Positions 63,764 to 64,000 of a stretch of 64,000 bases of DNA are shown piece after piece. Below the pieces are notes generated by a model. It saw only the letters and a list, made by a program, of their open reading frames with translations, had not been told where the DNA came from and ran no database searches. This stretch comes from a virus (Duplodnaviria; Caudoviricetes). The stretch's first letter is position 1. Every line of letters starts with the position of its first letter. Location of the stretch: positions 32,001 to 96,000 of the IMG/VR virus record IMGVR_UViG_3300049988_000245; one strand, written 5' to 3'. Made by a program: the position numbers and the translations under genes.

Positions 63764-63953
63764 GGCAGGTCGCTCCCCAGGTGAGTCGAAATTCGAAAGC
63801 CTGCTCAGGCGTTACGCTGGCGATCAATTCCTTGCGGCTTTCCCAATTCGGAACAGGCTCGGTCAGAACGATTCCCCGCGCTACACACCAATCCACGATG
63901 GGTTGGCCCAGGCGTTCAAAATCCTCGCGTGGCTGAACGAAAAAGTCGATCAC
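63756..63953 (-). CDS. small-domain paralog family member
   Basis: IVDWCVARG...SVTPEQAFEFRLTWG. Confidence 0.65.
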   Translation of the reverse strand: MIDFFVQPREDFERLGQPIVDWCVARGIVLTEPVPNWESRKELIASVTPEQAFEFRLTWGATCRA

Positions 63954-64000
63954 CCAACCCTCGTCCTGCCAATCCCACTGGTTTCCGTCCCAGGACCATC

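Noticed and set aside
785-63953. Diversity-generating retroelement explaining the paralog family
   Set aside because: No reverse transcriptase in the window, and no near-identical TR/VR pair with adenine-specific differences was seen.
1-64000. Genome-wide TAG reassignment (code 15), suggested by the CUA tRNAs
   Set aside because: Long genes (helicase, fibre, Kup) are uninterrupted in code 11, and the few TAG stops (798, 1884, 26974, 39782) fall at plausible gene ends.
1-64000. IS element, transposase or integrase
   Set aside because: No DDE, tyrosine/serine recombinase or HUH motifs were recognised; the mobile genes seen are homing endonucleases.

Overview
This 64 kb window reads as part of a high-GC, T4-related jumbo phage genome; no host housekeeping operons are present. 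It has a DnaE-like fragment, primase, DnaB-type helicase, a head/virion cluster driven by TAAATA late promoters, a large Ig-repeat fibre locus, an M15 endolysin, a holin-like gene and several homing endonucleases. The host is probably Methylobacterium/Methylorubrum, inferred from a phage-borne pqqA and an alphaproteobacterial-type two-piece tmRNA, neither of which is in the ORF track. Strongest observations: (1) a fibre protein with about 10 Ig repeats that lack their last beta-hairpin, followed by two beta-propeller genes that begin with exactly that hairpin, suggesting a plug-and-socket adhesin assembly; (2) pqqA; (3) two tandem CUA-anticodon (amber suppressor-like) tRNAs; (4) a permuted tmRNA; (5) a ~270 nt structured RNA candidate with twin palindromic-loop hairpins; (6) about 20 paralogs of a small W(C/L)xE...FxDxxxAxxFKMRW domain; (7) an iteron/RepA-like/ParB block; (8) a Kup K+ transporter. 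All calls come from reading motifs by eye; no database searches or folding programs were run.
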